NCBI GenBank assembly: GCA_963712745.1
Contig: CAVQJC010000011.1
Coordinates: 1-64,000, forward strand
Source: an uncultured Chloroflexia bacterium
Lineage (GTDB): Bacteria > Chloroflexota > Limnocylindria > Limnocylindrales > CSP1-4
Length of the DNA: 64,000 nucleotides
Direction: 5' to 3'
The notes beneath the pieces are model-generated. The model did not search any database, was not told the origin of the DNA, and was given only the letters and a program-made list of their open reading frames with translations. This document shows positions 46,725 to 57,351 of the stretch, one piece after another (the stretch's first letter is position 1; the number at the start of each line of letters is the position of its first letter). Made by a program: the position numbers and the translations under genes.

Positions 46725-47231
46725 TCAGTCGTCGCTCAGCAGCTCCGGCGGAACCAGCCAGCGAAGCTCCGCCTCGCCGTCACCGAGCTTGGTATGCAGG
46801 TCGACCGTCGCCAGGGCTCCTTTCTTCAGGGAGATGCCAGCCGCATCGATGAGGTAGGCGAGCAGGCTCGAGAAGTCCGGATCGTGGCCCACGAACATGG
46901 GCTCGCGGGCACCCGTCTCGTCGAGCAGCGCCCACATCTCAGCTTTGCCGAAGCCCTCGCCCAGGCGGCTGTCGGTCTTGACGGTCATGTCCAGGGTGGC
47001 GGCCACGATCTCGGCCGTCTGCTGGGCGCGTACCTTGGGGCTGGTCACGATGACATCGGGCCGCACGCCGTGGGCCTCGAGGAACGAGCCCAGGCGCTCG
47101 CTCTGGCCCCGGCCCTTCTTGGTCAGCGGACGCATGTCGTCATCGCCGATCCAGTGGAAGGCGTCGCCGGCGTGGGCATGGCGAAGCAGGTGGATGCGCA
47201 CCGTGCCGTTGTCGGTCCTTCCTGCAGGCAT
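46725..47231 (-). CDS. sixA: Phosphohistidine phosphatase
   Basis: LLRHAHA, RPLT, SPKVRAQQTA, VGHDP. Confidence 0.88.
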   Translation of the reverse strand: MPAGRTDNGTVRIHLLRHAHAGDAFHWIGDDDMRPLTKKGRGQSERLGSFLEAHGVRPDVIVTSPKVRAQQTAEIVAATLDMTVKTDSRLGEGFGKAEMWALLDETGAREPMFVGHDPDFSSLLAYLIDAAGISLKKGALATVDLHTKLGDGEAELRWLVPPELLSDD

Positions 47232-47388
47232 GGCCGCTAGAGTCGCACGTCGGCCATCGTGGCGCGAGCGTTTGCTGCGGGACTGGTGCCTGAACGCTCC
47301 GGCCTTGTGCCACAGACCGAAGCCCCTCGGCGCCGAGGGGCTCGGTGCGGGAAGGGGAGAGGGCGGCTCGGACGCCGCGAGGGTGAGC

Positions 47389-47871
47389 TCAGTCGGCGTC
47401 GTGCGTCACGCGCTTGTCGGTAGCATTCATGAACAGGTCGATGCGTTGGCTGATGGCGGCAAAGACTCGGCGGAAGGCTGCCAGCCGCTCCTCGTCGGTG
47501 CCCTGCACGGAAGAGGGATCGTCGTAGCCCCAGTGGAAGCGTTCACCCTGCCCGGGGAAGACAGGGCAGTTCTGACGGGCCGAGTCGCAGACGGTGATGA
47601 GGTAGTCGAAGCGGCGTCCCATGAACTCCTGTACCGACTTGGAGCGCAGGGCTTCGGTGGGCAGTCCGGCCTCGCGCAGGACCTGCAGCGTGAGCGGCCG
47701 CACCTCGGAGACTTCGGTGCCCGCGGAGTAGGCCTCGTACGCGTCACCGCCCTTCTCGCGCAGCAACGCCTCCGCCATGATCGAGCGTGCCGAGTTGTGG
47801 GTGCACACGAACAGCACGCTCGTGCGCGGGACGCCGTCGTCGTGGCCGGGTGCGACGTCGACCCCGCTCAT
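47389..47871 (-). CDS. arsC: Arsenate reductase (LMW-PTP family)
   Basis: CTHNSARS, TVCD..CPVFPG..DDP. Confidence 0.9.
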   Translation of the reverse strand: MSGVDVAPGHDDGVPRTSVLFVCTHNSARSIMAEALLREKGGDAYEAYSAGTEVSEVRPLTLQVLREAGLPTEALRSKSVQEFMGRRFDYLITVCDSARQNCPVFPGQGERFHWGYDDPSSVQGTDEERLAAFRRVFAAISQRIDLFMNATDKRVTHDAD

Positions 47872-48641
47872 TCGTTCAGCTCCGTGACCTCCCCGGTGGC
47901 GAGGAAGACGACGTCCTCAGCGATGTTGGTCACACGGTCGCCCACGCGCTCGAGGTAGTGGGCGGCGAAGATGATGCGCTCGCCCGGATCGACGTTGGCT
48001 GGATCGGCTCGCATGAGGTCCAATGTCTCGTCGAAGATCGAGTGGTACAGCTCGTCGACCTCGTCGTCACGGAGTGCCACGGCCTTGGCCCGCTCGGCGT
48101 CGACCTCGACCACGGCCTCGAGGATGTCCCGCACGAGCGTGGCTGCCAGGCGCCCCATCTCGGGCAGGTGCACGTAGTCCTTGACAGGCGGGCGTGGAGC
48201 CAGCTTGCGCGCCTGCTTGGCCACGGAGCTCGCGTAGTCACCCATGCGCTCGAGGTCGTAGGCGACACGGTCGAGCGTGAGCAGGAAGCGCAGGTCACGA
48301 GCCACCGGTTGTTGCGTGGCGATGGTCAGCCTGATGAGGTCGGCCACGTGCCGCTCCAGGGCGTTGATGTCGTGGTCGTTCTCGATGATCCAGGTCGCCG
48401 CATCGGCGTCGTGGTTCTCTAGCGCCTCGATGGCGCCGACGATGCGCTCGGCCACGAGGCTGCCCATGCGCAGGATGCCGTCCTTGACCTCGCTTTCCTC
48501 GGACTCCAGCGTCCCGCGCGTGTACGGCTTTGGGACCTCGACTGCTGGATGGACGTCCAGGTCGGTACGGTGGCCTTGCGGCTCGTCAGGACCGGGCGGC
48601 GGTACAGCGTCGGCGTCGGGGCGTCCGGTGGGATCGGTCAT
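47868..48641 (-). CDS. phoU: Phosphate signalling protein PhoU
   Basis: QQPVARDLR, LERMGD, LERVGD. Confidence 0.95.
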   Translation of the reverse strand: MTDPTGRPDADAVPPPGPDEPQGHRTDLDVHPAVEVPKPYTRGTLESEESEVKDGILRMGSLVAERIVGAIEALENHDADAATWIIENDHDINALERHVADLIRLTIATQQPVARDLRFLLTLDRVAYDLERMGDYASSVAKQARKLAPRPPVKDYVHLPEMGRLAATLVRDILEAVVEVDAERAKAVALRDDEVDELYHSIFDETLDLMRADPANVDPGERIIFAAHYLERVGDRVTNIAEDVVFLATGEVTELNE

Positions 48642-48651
48642 GGCTGCCTCC

Positions 48652-49479
48652 TCATCCGAAGCGACCGGAGACGTAGTCCTCGGTCAACTGGTTCTTGGGG
48701 TTGGTGAAGATCTCGGCCGTGGCGCCCTTCTCGACGAGGTATCCGGCACGATCCTCGCCCATGGTCAGGAAGACGGTCTCGTCCGAGGCCCGTGCGGCCT
48801 GCTGCATGTTGTGCGTCACGATGAGGATGGTGTAGTCGTTGCGCAGCTCGAACATGAGCTCCTCGATCTTGAGCGTGGCCACAGGGTCCAGGGCTGAGCA
48901 GGGCTCGTCCATGAGGATGACGTCGGGCTGGACCGCGATGGCGCGTGCGATGCAGAGACGCTGCTGCTGGCCGCCGGACAACGCCGTGCCCGGCTGCTTG
49001 AGCTTGTCCTTGACCTCGTCCCAGATGGCAGCGCGCTTCAGGCTCGACTCGACCAGCTCATCCATGTCGCCCTTGTAGCCGGCGATCTTGGGCCCGAACG
49101 AGACGTTGTCGTAGATCGACTTGGGGAACGGGTTGGGCTTCTGGAAGACCATGCCGATGCGGCGTCGCACCTCGACCGCGTCCACCTTGGGGTCGTAGAG
49201 GTCGACGCCGTGGTAGTTGACCTTGCCGCTGATGTGGGCGCCGGGAACCAGGTCGTTCATGCGGTTGAAGCAGCGCAGCAGGGTCGACTTGCCGCAGCCG
49301 GACGGGCCGATGAAGGCGGTGATCCGGTTCTTGGGGATGTCCAGGTCGATGTCGCGGATAGCCCGGAAGTCGCTGTAGTAGGCGCTGAATTCGCGGACCT
49401 CGAAGACGTACGGTTCGGCCTCTGGCGCAGGTGTCGCGTTCTTGGCCGGGCTCGTCAACGTGGCGGTATCACTGGTCAT
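48652..49479 (-). CDS. pstB: Phosphate ABC ATP-binding protein
   Basis: [25 protein letters not shown]. Confidence 0.96.
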   Translation of the reverse strand: MTSDTATLTSPAKNATPAPEAEPYVFEVREFSAYYSDFRAIRDIDLDIPKNRITAFIGPSGCGKSTLLRCFNRMNDLVPGAHISGKVNYHGVDLYDPKVDAVEVRRRIGMVFQKPNPFPKSIYDNVSFGPKIAGYKGDMDELVESSLKRAAIWDEVKDKLKQPGTALSGGQQQRLCIARAIAVQPDVILMDEPCSALDPVATLKIEELMFELRNDYTILIVTHNMQQAARASDETVFLTMGEDRAGYLVEKGATAEIFTNPKNQLTEDYVSGRFG

Positions 49480-49482
49480 GTC

Positions 49483-50434
49483 TTACCACCTTCTGGCGTA
49501 GCGGTTGCGAAGGATGATGGCGATGGCATTGATGAGCAGGACCAGCACGAGCAGCACGATGATGGCCGCAGCGGTCAGCTCGCGGAACTCGGCTCGTGGC
49601 TGACGGGACCAGCTATAGATGAGCGTGGGCAGCGACGTGTAGGGACCCTGCAGGCGATCCGCCAGGGTCGCGTTGGCAGCGACCGAGAAGCCGCCGGTCA
49701 CCGCACCCACCAGCAGTAGCGGTGCGGTCTCCCCAAAGGCTCGTCCGATGGTCAGGATCGTGCCCGTGAGGATGCCGGGGAGTGCGTAGGGGATGACGTG
49801 GGAGCGGATGACCTCCCACTTGGTGGCGCCCACTCCGAAGCCGGCCTCGCGGATCGATGAGGGCACCGCCCGCAGCGACTCGGCCGAGGCGATGATGACG
49901 ATGGGCAGCACAACGACGGCGAGCGTGAAGCCGCCGGAGATGATGGATTGGCCGCCAGTCCACTCCCGCAGCAGGACCACGAAGACGGCGATGCCCAGCA
50001 GGCCGTAGACGACGGCCGGGACACCGGCCAGATTGCGGACGGTGGTGTTGATCAGGCGCGTCACGACGTTGTCCGACGCGTACTCCTCGAGGTAGACCGC
50101 CGCCGCGATGCCGATGGGGATGGCCAGGATGAACACGAAGACCATCAGCACGACCGATCCCCACAGCGCCTGGCCGATGCCGGCGCGGGCCGGGTTGGCT
50201 GACGCCGGGTTGCCCAGGAACTCGCCCAGGCTGCGCTCCTGGAACACCGGCAGGGCCCGCAGGAAGATATCGCGTGATGAGCCAGACCAGGACACCGAGC
50301 GCGAGGAACAGGGAGAGCAGCATGGCCAGCTCGAAGACGACGCTTCGCCAGTCGCGCTTGTGGCCCATGATGGCCTGCTCCACGGCCTCAGTGGCCGACT
50401 GGGGCGGAGGCAGGGGGCGTGATGTCGCGGTCAT
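49483..50434 (-). CDS. pstA: Phosphate ABC permease (frameshift near 50280)
   Basis: YLEEY, NLAGVPAVVYG, RAFGETAP. Confidence 0.9.
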
Positions 50435-50435
50435 C

Positions 50436-51362
50436 TCAGTAGCCCTTGCGCATGCGACGGACGAAGTGCTCGCTGACGATGTTCAGGGCCATGGTCATGA
50501 AGAAGAGCAGCAGGCCGATGAAGAAGAGGCTGTTGAAGGCGACGCCACCACCGACCGCGTCCGAGCCGATGGCGATGACGGTCATGGCTCCGGTCATGGT
50601 CTGTCCGGGCAGGCAGGGGTTGATGCTGAAGACCGCGCCGCCGACGCCGCCGGCGGCGATGGCCACGATCATCGTCTCGCCGATGGCCCGCGAGAAGGCC
50701 ACGATCAGCGAGGCCACGATGCCCGACACCGCGGCGGGGACCACGATGCGGATGCTGGTGGTGCGCTTGGTGGCGCCTAGTCCGTAGGAAGCCTCGCGCA
50801 GGTTGCTGGGCACCGCATACATGGCGTCCTCGGAGATCGAGGCCACGAGCGGCGTGACCAGGATGCCGACAGCGATGCCGGCGCTCGCGAGCGTGAACGG
50901 CAGCGAGTTGCCGCACAGTGGCTGGACGAGGGCGGGGCTCAGGACGGTCAGCGCGAAGAAGCCGAGGACGACGCTAGGGATGGTCGCCAGGACCTCGAGG
51001 ACGGGCTTGAGGACACCGCGCACCCGCGGGCTGGCGTACTCGGCGAGATAGATGGCAGCCCCCAGGCCCAGGGGCGTGGCCACGACCATGGCGATGATGG
51101 CGATGACAAGGGTTCCGCTGATGATCGTGGCAAGGCCGTAGTCGCCCGCGCGCGGTTGCCACACATCGGCGAACAGCGCGCCCGGATCGATACCGCGGAG
51201 GAACGTGATGGTGTCGCCAAGCAGCGACAGCACGATCGCGACCGAGATGACGATGGCCAGTGCGGCCGAGAGGAAGAACGCCGAGCGGATGATCCGTTCG
51301 CGCCGGCGCCGGGCCGCGTTGCCTTTGAGATCCTCGAGCGTGACTCGATCGTTGGCTGTCAT
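50436..51362 (-). CDS. pstC: Phosphate ABC permease
   Basis: IYLAEY, IPSVVLG, SRAIGETM. Confidence 0.94.
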   Translation of the reverse strand: MTANDRVTLEDLKGNAARRRRERIIRSAFFLSAALAIVISVAIVLSLLGDTITFLRGIDPGALFADVWQPRAGDYGLATIISGTLVIAIIAMVVATPLGLGAAIYLAEYASPRVRGVLKPVLEVLATIPSVVLGFFALTVLSPALVQPLCGNSLPFTLASAGIAVGILVTPLVASISEDAMYAVPSNLREASYGLGATKRTTSIRIVVPAAVSGIVASLIVAFSRAIGETMIVAIAAGGVGGAVFSINPCLPGQTMTGAMTVIAIGSDAVGGGVAFNSLFFIGLLLFFMTMALNIVSEHFVRRMRKGY

Positions 51363-51396
51363 GTCGGCACGTCGATGCTAGTGGATGGATCGGCTG

Positions 51397-51430
51397 GAGG
51401 ACCGGACCCTGGGACGCGGGTCCGGTCCTC
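51397..51430 (-). terminator. pstS-pstC intergenic hairpin
   Basis: Perfect 13-bp stem GAGGACCGGACCC/GGGTCCGGTCCTC. Confidence 0.75.
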
Positions 51431-51462
51431 GCCCAGCCGAGGGAGGGGGAATGGAAAGCTGA

Positions 51463-52512
51463 CTACGCCCCGACTTCCGCCTTGGCGGCATCCCAAGCGG
51501 CCTGCGTCTCGGCCAGCACCTCCTCGGAGATCTGCACGTAGCCGGCTACCGACACGAGCTCCTGGCCCTCGGGGGTCAGGTAGAAGTCGACGAAGGGAGC
51601 CAGCGCGGGGTTGTACGACTCGGATGCCGGGTCGATGCGGCCCTGCTCGGGGTAGATGAAGAGGTCACGCGCGATGGGATAGGTGTTGGCCGCGACGGTC
51701 TCCTCGTCGGGGGCGATGCACTGGCCGTCCCCGCCGTCGATGGGGACCATGCGGACACGGTCGAAGTTGTTGACCGCGTAGGCATAGCCCACGAAGCCGA
51801 TGCCGTTGGGGTTGCCGCCGACACCGTCGATGATGATGTTGTCGTTGGGCGAGGCGACGTAGATGCCCCCGGGCTGGCGCGTGTAGGGCTCGCCCGCGGC
51901 AGCTTCGTTGCCAGCCTCTGCTCGAGCCGCCTGGATGTCCTCTAGGGCGACCTCGATGAAGGAGCCCCAGGTGCCAGATTCGTCGCCCGGCGCGGTGATG
52001 GCGATGTCTCCGCTTGGCCAGGAGCCGGTCTCGGAGCCAAGCTCAGCTGCGAACGTGGCCACGTCCTCCCAGGTCGTCAGGTCGTCGGACTCCACGCCGA
52101 AGATGGCGTAGAGGTCGTTGAAGTTGAGGCATTCGATGGCGTCGTTCTGCGTGCTCACGATGACGGCCAAGCCATCGATGCCGATCTTCAGCTCGACGGG
52201 CGTGATGCCATTCGCCGCGCAGTTCTCGATCTCCTGGCCCTTGATGGGCCGGGAGGCATCGTTGATATCGGTCTCACCGTTGCAGAACTTGTCGAAGCCC
52301 GTCGAGGTGCCGGGTCCATTGACGCTGATGGTGACGTTGGGATTGGAGAAGGCGAACTCCTCGCGCACGAGGTCGGAGATGGGCTCGACGGTCGAGGAGC
52401 CGGAGATCTCGATGGAGCCCTCGACATCCTGGGCGAGCGCGCCGCCGGCGAGGCTGGTCGTGAGCACGGCGAAGCCGACAACGGCTGCGCCAAGGCGCTT
52501 GGTGGTACGCAT
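51463..52512 (-). CDS. pstS: Phosphate-binding protein
   Basis: Signal peptide, GSSTVEP, ASRPIK, DGLAV, SGTW, YPIAR. Confidence 0.93.
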   Translation of the reverse strand: MRTTKRLGAAVVGFAVLTTSLAGGALAQDVEGSIEISGSSTVEPISDLVREEFAFSNPNVTISVNGPGTSTGFDKFCNGETDINDASRPIKGQEIENCAANGITPVELKIGIDGLAVIVSTQNDAIECLNFNDLYAIFGVESDDLTTWEDVATFAAELGSETGSWPSGDIAITAPGDESGTWGSFIEVALEDIQAARAEAGNEAAAGEPYTRQPGGIYVASPNDNIIIDGVGGNPNGIGFVGYAYAVNNFDRVRMVPIDGGDGQCIAPDEETVAANTYPIARDLFIYPEQGRIDPASESYNPALAPFVDFYLTPEGQELVSVAGYVQISEEVLAETQAAWDAAKAEVGA

Positions 52513-52597
52513 GGTAGGAACGGATTCCTCCTGGTTGCCTGGGCGTAGAGCGGTCCCGGGCCGGTTGTTACTACGGTGCCTACGCTGGCCTTGCGAG

Positions 52598-52636
52598 GTG
52601 AACGTGGGGTTGCTGCGTCGTTAACACTCGGTTAAC
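52598..52636 (-). promoter_or_regulatory. PHO box upstream of pstS (four 11-bp units)
   Basis: Minus strand GTTAAC, GTTAAC, AGCAAC, GTTCAC at exact 11-nt spacing. Confidence 0.78.
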
Positions 52637-52825
52637 GCTGGAGGGCCAGGCGATAGCCGCACTATGGGACTCCCCCGAAGGTGCCCCCAGTGCCCCTGGG
52701 GATCACGCCCTTGGTCTGGTGCGCGCCACGTCGGTGGTCTACACCGAACCGGCAGTGGAAGTCGAACGGGGACATCGCGGGACCGGTCACCCGGGGATCG
52801 GAGGCGGCGTAGCGACTGCTGCTTC

Positions 52826-52862
52826 GTCAACAGCGCGTGAACGCACTGCGAGTCCGTACAAT
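52826..52862 (+). promoter_or_regulatory. PHO-box-like pair over the -35 region plus TACAAT -10
   Basis: GTCAAC (52826) and GTGAAC (52837) 11 nt apart; TACAAT at 52857. Confidence 0.55.
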
Positions 52863-52928
52863 GGCGCGGCCGAGCTACGCCGTTCTCCGGGGAGGAGCCC
52901 ATCGGTCGGCCGGGACGAAAGGGACATC

Positions 52929-53426
52929 ATGGCCAAGAAGAAGGGCAAGCGCCGGGACGCGCCTGCCGGGAAGCCGAAGGCGCTGCGCAAGCAACTGCAC
53001 AAGGCCGAGGTGGAGCTGGACAAGGCCGTCGCCAAGCGCGACAAGGCCCAGGCCCGGGTCGATGCGATGAGCATCATCGCCGACGAGATCCGCGCTCAGC
53101 TCGCCGACCTCGAGAAGGCTGCGGCCAAGGAGGCGGCCAAGGTGGCCGCAACCAACGACGCTGCCGCAGCCAAGACCGCGGCCAAGCCCGCCGCGCGGAA
53201 GACCGGCTCCGGGGGCAGGGCTTCGTCGGCCAGGCCTGCCAAGAGGCCCCCAGCCGCCGCCAAGCCTGCTACAGCCAAGCCCGCGACCGTGGCCAAGCCC
53301 GCGACCGCGGCCAAGCCCGCGACCCTGGCCAAGCCGGCCACGCGGGCCAGGACGAGCAGCAGCGCCAATGCGCGCAGCAGCGCCAAGGCGCGGTCAGCCA
53401 CACCAAAGGCGCCACCCGGGTCGTAG
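52929..53426 (+). CDS. Basic coiled-coil plus AKPA-repeat (histone H1-like) protein
   Basis: MAKKKGKRR, heptad-like helix, AAKPATAKPATVAKPATAAKPATLAKPAT; high-GC3 codon usage. Confidence 0.8.
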   Translation: MAKKKGKRRDAPAGKPKALRKQLHKAEVELDKAVAKRDKAQARVDAMSIIADEIRAQLADLEKAAAKEAAKVAATNDAAAAKTAAKPAARKTGSGGRASSARPAKRPPAAAKPATAKPATVAKPATAAKPATLAKPATRARTSSSANARSSAKARSATPKAPPGS

Positions 53427-53459
53427 CGACCAGCGGGCCGCTGCTCCAACGGCAGGGCG

Positions 53460-55172
53460 CTATTCGATCGAGGTGATCGCGTTGCCCAGCGCCTTGCGGA
53501 ACGTGCGCCCGGTGATGCGGCGCCACAGCGGCCGGAAGCTACGCCGCAGCTGCTCCACACGGGCCTCTCGCGAATCGAGGTAGAGGCCGACGGCCTCGCG
53601 TGAACGGGCCGACAGCTGGGGCGCGTGAAGGTTGAGCCACTCGCGTGTGACACTCGCCGCGACGTCGGCGTCATTCATCAGCCCCAGGTGATCCTGCATC
53701 TCCGTGATCTGCGTGATCAGCTGGCGCGCGTTGACCGGCAGGACCTCGCTGAAGTACTCGAGCGTGTAGCGCAGGCGCTTGCCCTCGATGCGCAGGGCGT
53801 GAAGGGTGCGCACGTCCGCCCAGGTGATGATGGTCTCGTAGGCGCGGACACGCTCGTAGGCCGCCAGGATGCGCGAGCCAGCCGTGTCACGCACCAGGCT
53901 CGGCTGACCCAGCGGCGTCATGATCTCGGCTGCCCCCGGCGACTCGCTGAAGTCGAGGTAGTCGTCCACGAACTCGCGGTACTGCTTCGAATCGAGGCGG
54001 GCGATGAGCCGCTTGCGGGCGACCTCGCGCTGCCGGCGCCAGGCGGCACGCAACGGCTCCACCGCTTCGCGGCCGATGGGCGGCAGGTCGCCCAGGTACG
54101 CCTCCAGGTCCTCCAGCAGGACGTCTACATCACGGACCTCGCCCAGTGCGCGTGCGACGCCGCGCAGCTCCTTCACGTAGCGGCGCTGCACCCGGGGCCG
54201 ATACGCGCCGTCGAACACGCGCCAGGCGGCGCGCATGCGCCGTGTGGCCACGCGCATCCGGTGCAGGTCCTCGGGGTCCAGGCCCGAGCGCGCGCCGGCC
54301 TCGAAGTGGAGCATGCGCGCGAGGTGCATGCGCAGGACCTTGCGGCCGGCCTCACCGAGCGAGTCGTCGGCCTTGATGCCCGGCGAGGTCGGCACCCGCG
54401 GCAGCCGGTGCGTGGGGTCCTCGGCGGCCTTGGCCACGTAATGGCGGGCGATGTCCTCCTTGGAGCGCGGCTCGGGCATGACGTAGCCGGTGGACTCGAC
54501 GAGGGCCGCCAGGCGAGACAGGTCCGCTCCGCTGCCCTTGGGCGCCTCGACCTCGAGGACGGAGAACGAGGACAGCGGACGAGCCCCGCGGAAGACGGCC
54601 ACCCGGTCGAGCGTCACCTCTACGGGCCCGTCATCGAGCGCGAGCGTGCGCTTCTCCCGGCGCTGGTTGATGGTGAAGAGCACCCGCAGGCGTGCCCCGT
54701 CACGTATCTCGTTGATGAGCTCGCGTGCCGCACTGGGCGGCCAGAGGTCCGGGTCGAGCCGCTCGTCGGCAGGCCCCTCGACCTCCACGCGCTGGGAGAG
54801 CGCCTTCGAGTCGTCCTCGTCGACTCCGCCAGAGGCGGAGCGCTCGTGTGAGGCCGACTTCACCGTGACCGTAAGGGGCCCGTTGTCCTCGCGCCGCAGG
54901 CGGGCTCCGAAACCGGCGCCCTCGAGCGCCCCATAGGCCGTGTCGACGTAGCGATCCTCGACCTCGATGGTCTTGTCACTACCGTGTTCCACGCCGTCCA
55001 GCGCGCCGCCCCAGTCGCGGGCCAGCCACCCGCGCAGGGCTTCGAGGTCGCGCACCAGGTACTTGAGCTCGACCTCGCGCGGGATGCTGCCCGCCGGCTC
55101 ATCAGACTTGTCAGGAGCGGCGAACGGGATCAGCCCCGGCTCGGGCAGGCCCTTGTCGCGGGCGTCGGTCAA
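53460..55172 (-). CDS. CYTH-CHAD domain protein
   Basis: EVELKY, YVDT, LEVE (CYTH); LHRMRVATRRMR, RDVDV, LHALRIEGKRLRY, QDHLGLMND (CHAD); TTG start overlaps the ppk1 stop. Confidence 0.9.
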   Translation of the reverse strand: MTDARDKGLPEPGLIPFAAPDKSDEPAGSIPREVELKYLVRDLEALRGWLARDWGGALDGVEHGSDKTIEVEDRYVDTAYGALEGAGFGARLRREDNGPLTVTVKSASHERSASGGVDEDDSKALSQRVEVEGPADERLDPDLWPPSAARELINEIRDGARLRVLFTINQRREKRTLALDDGPVEVTLDRVAVFRGARPLSSFSVLEVEAPKGSGADLSRLAALVESTGYVMPEPRSKEDIARHYVAKAAEDPTHRLPRVPTSPGIKADDSLGEAGRKVLRMHLARMLHFEAGARSGLDPEDLHRMRVATRRMRAAWRVFDGAYRPRVQRRYVKELRGVARALGEVRDVDVLLEDLEAYLGDLPPIGREAVEPLRAAWRRQREVARKRLIARLDSKQYREFVDDYLDFSESPGAAEIMTPLGQPSLVRDTAGSRILAAYERVRAYETIITWADVRTLHALRIEGKRLRYTLEYFSEVLPVNARQLITQITEMQDHLGLMNDADVAASVTREWLNLHAPQLSARSREAVGLYLDSREARVEQLRRSFRPLWRRITGRTFRKALGNAITSIE

Positions 55173-57281
55173 TCGGTCACGCTCCCGGCGGCTTCTGCCA
55201 TGAGCACCTCGAAGGTGTCGGTCGTGGGTTCGCCTTCGATGGTGGTCTCGACCCTCGTCCACCCGGCGTCATCGCCGAGTGTCCAGGCTCGACGGTCGTC
55301 GCGGCGCATGACCGCCAGGGCCCAGCGCAGCCGCTCCTGCAGGAGCTTCGTCCTTGACCGGGGTGATGGCCTCCACGCGGCGGTCGAGATTGCGCTCCAT
55401 GAGGTCAGCCGAGCCGATGTAGTAGCGCTCCCGCTCGCCCTGGCCGAAGACGAAGATGCGTGAGTGCTCGAGGTAGCGGCCCACGATCGAGCGCACCCGG
55501 ATCGATTCGCTGAAGCCCGGCACGCCCGGCTGTAGCGAGCACATGCCGCGCACGATGAGATCGATGGGCACGCCCGCCTGGCTGGCCTGGTACAGGCGCC
55601 GGATCATCTCCGGGTCTACGCAGGCGTTGCACTTGATGATGATGCGACCGTCTCCGTGTTCACGGTGGCGCTCCATCTCGCCGTCGATGAGCTCCTCGAG
55701 CATGGGCCGCATCGACTTGGGTGCGACCAGCAGCTCCTTGTAGCGGTCCTTCCGGGCCACGCCGGTGAGCACGTTGAAGAGGTCGGTCACGTCACCGGTG
55801 ACGGCGCGGTCGGCCGTGAGCAGACCCAGGTCGGTGTAGATGTGCGCGGTCTTGTGGTTGTAGTTGCCCGTGCCGATGTGCGCGTACCGACGCAGGCCGC
55901 CCGACTCGCGGCGGATGACGAGCGTGCACTTGGAGTGCGTCTTGAGGCCCAGCAGGCCGTAGGCCACGTGAGCGCCGGCACGCTCCAGGGCACGGGCCCA
56001 GACGATGTTGGCTCGCTCGTCGAAGCGGGCCTTGATCTCGACCATGACCACGACCTGCTTGCCGCTCTCGGCCGCCCGGATGAGCGAGCGCACGATGGGC
56101 GAGTCACCGCTGGTGCGGTAGAGCGTCATCTTGATGGTCAGCACATCGGGATCGTCCGCGGCCTGTTCGATGAGCCGCTGGACCGAGTGGCTGAACGACT
56201 CATAGGGGTGATGCACGAGGATGTCGCCCTCGCGCATGCGGCCGAAGAGATCCACGCCCTGGTCCTCTTCCTCGTCGAGCTGGACGAGACGGGGTGGCAC
56301 GACCGGCGTCCAGGGGGTCGGCTGCAGCTCGGGGATGTCGAGGTCCGCGATGGTGTCGAGACCACGCAGGTCGAGCATGCCGCGAATCTCGTAGATGTTC
56401 GACTGGTCCAGCCCCAGGCCACGCTGCAGCAGCGTTCGCGTCTCGTGGGGCATGGAGCGTTCGATCTCCAGGCGCACCACCTTGCCGAACCGCCGTCGGC
56501 GCAGCTCCTCCTCCATGGCCATGAGCAGGTCGTCCGCCTCGTCTTCCTCGATGTCGAGATCGGCGTTGCGAGTGACTCGGAAGAGATGGTGCGAGTCGAC
56601 CTCCATGCCCGGGAACAGGGCGTCGAGATTGGCAGCGATGACGCGCTCGAGCAGGACATACGTGCGAGGCGCCACCTCCCACAGCCTTGGCAGCACCGGG
56701 GGCACCTTCACTCGCGCGAAGCGTCGCTGCCCGGTGGCCGGGTCCCTCACCGTCACCGCCAGCGACAGCGAGAGGTCGCTGATGTAGGGGAACGGATGCG
56801 CCGGGTCCACGGCCAGCGGGGTCAGCACCGGGAAGATCTCGTCCATGAAGCGCTGCCGGAGCTCATTCTGTCGCTGCGGACGATCCTCGGGGGCGATGAT
56901 GCGGATGCCCTCCCCCGCAAGCTCCTCGCGGATCTTGTCCCAGAGGTCGGAGTGCTGTGCCTGCAGCTGCAGCACTCGACCGCGGATGCGGTCGAGCTTC
57001 TGGCTGGCCGAGAGGCCGTCGGGCGTGGGCTTGGAGTGACCGGCGGCGACCTGCTGCATCAGCCCCGACACGCGCACCTGGAAGAACTCGTCCAGGTTGC
57101 TGGTAAAGATCGAGAGGAAGCGCACGCGCTCGAGCAGCGGGTTGCGCTCGTCCTCGGACTGGTACATCACGCGCTCGTTGAAGTCCAGCCAACTGAGCTC
57201 GCGCGTGATGAAGGGGAAGCCCGGCTCGCGCGGCTGGCGCGGTCCGGTCCGGGGGCGCGAGGCATCGTGGATGGTGGTCAC
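55169..57281 (-). CDS. ppk1: Polyphosphate kinase 1 (frameshift near 55345)
   Basis: RELSWLDFN, NLDEFF, HHPYESF, KARFDE, KTHSK, GTGNY, YLEHSR, RNLDRRVE. Confidence 0.95.
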
Positions 57282-57351
57282 GAGACCGATGCTATCAGGG
57301 CACCCACCGATACCGATAGGGCGGCGCGGTCATCGTTGGCCGGCGCCGCGC

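Noticed and set aside
46200-55360. Programmed frameshifting in phoR, pstA or ppk1
   Set aside because: No slippery heptamer with a stimulatory structure seen; indels are scattered window-wide, so error is more parsimonious
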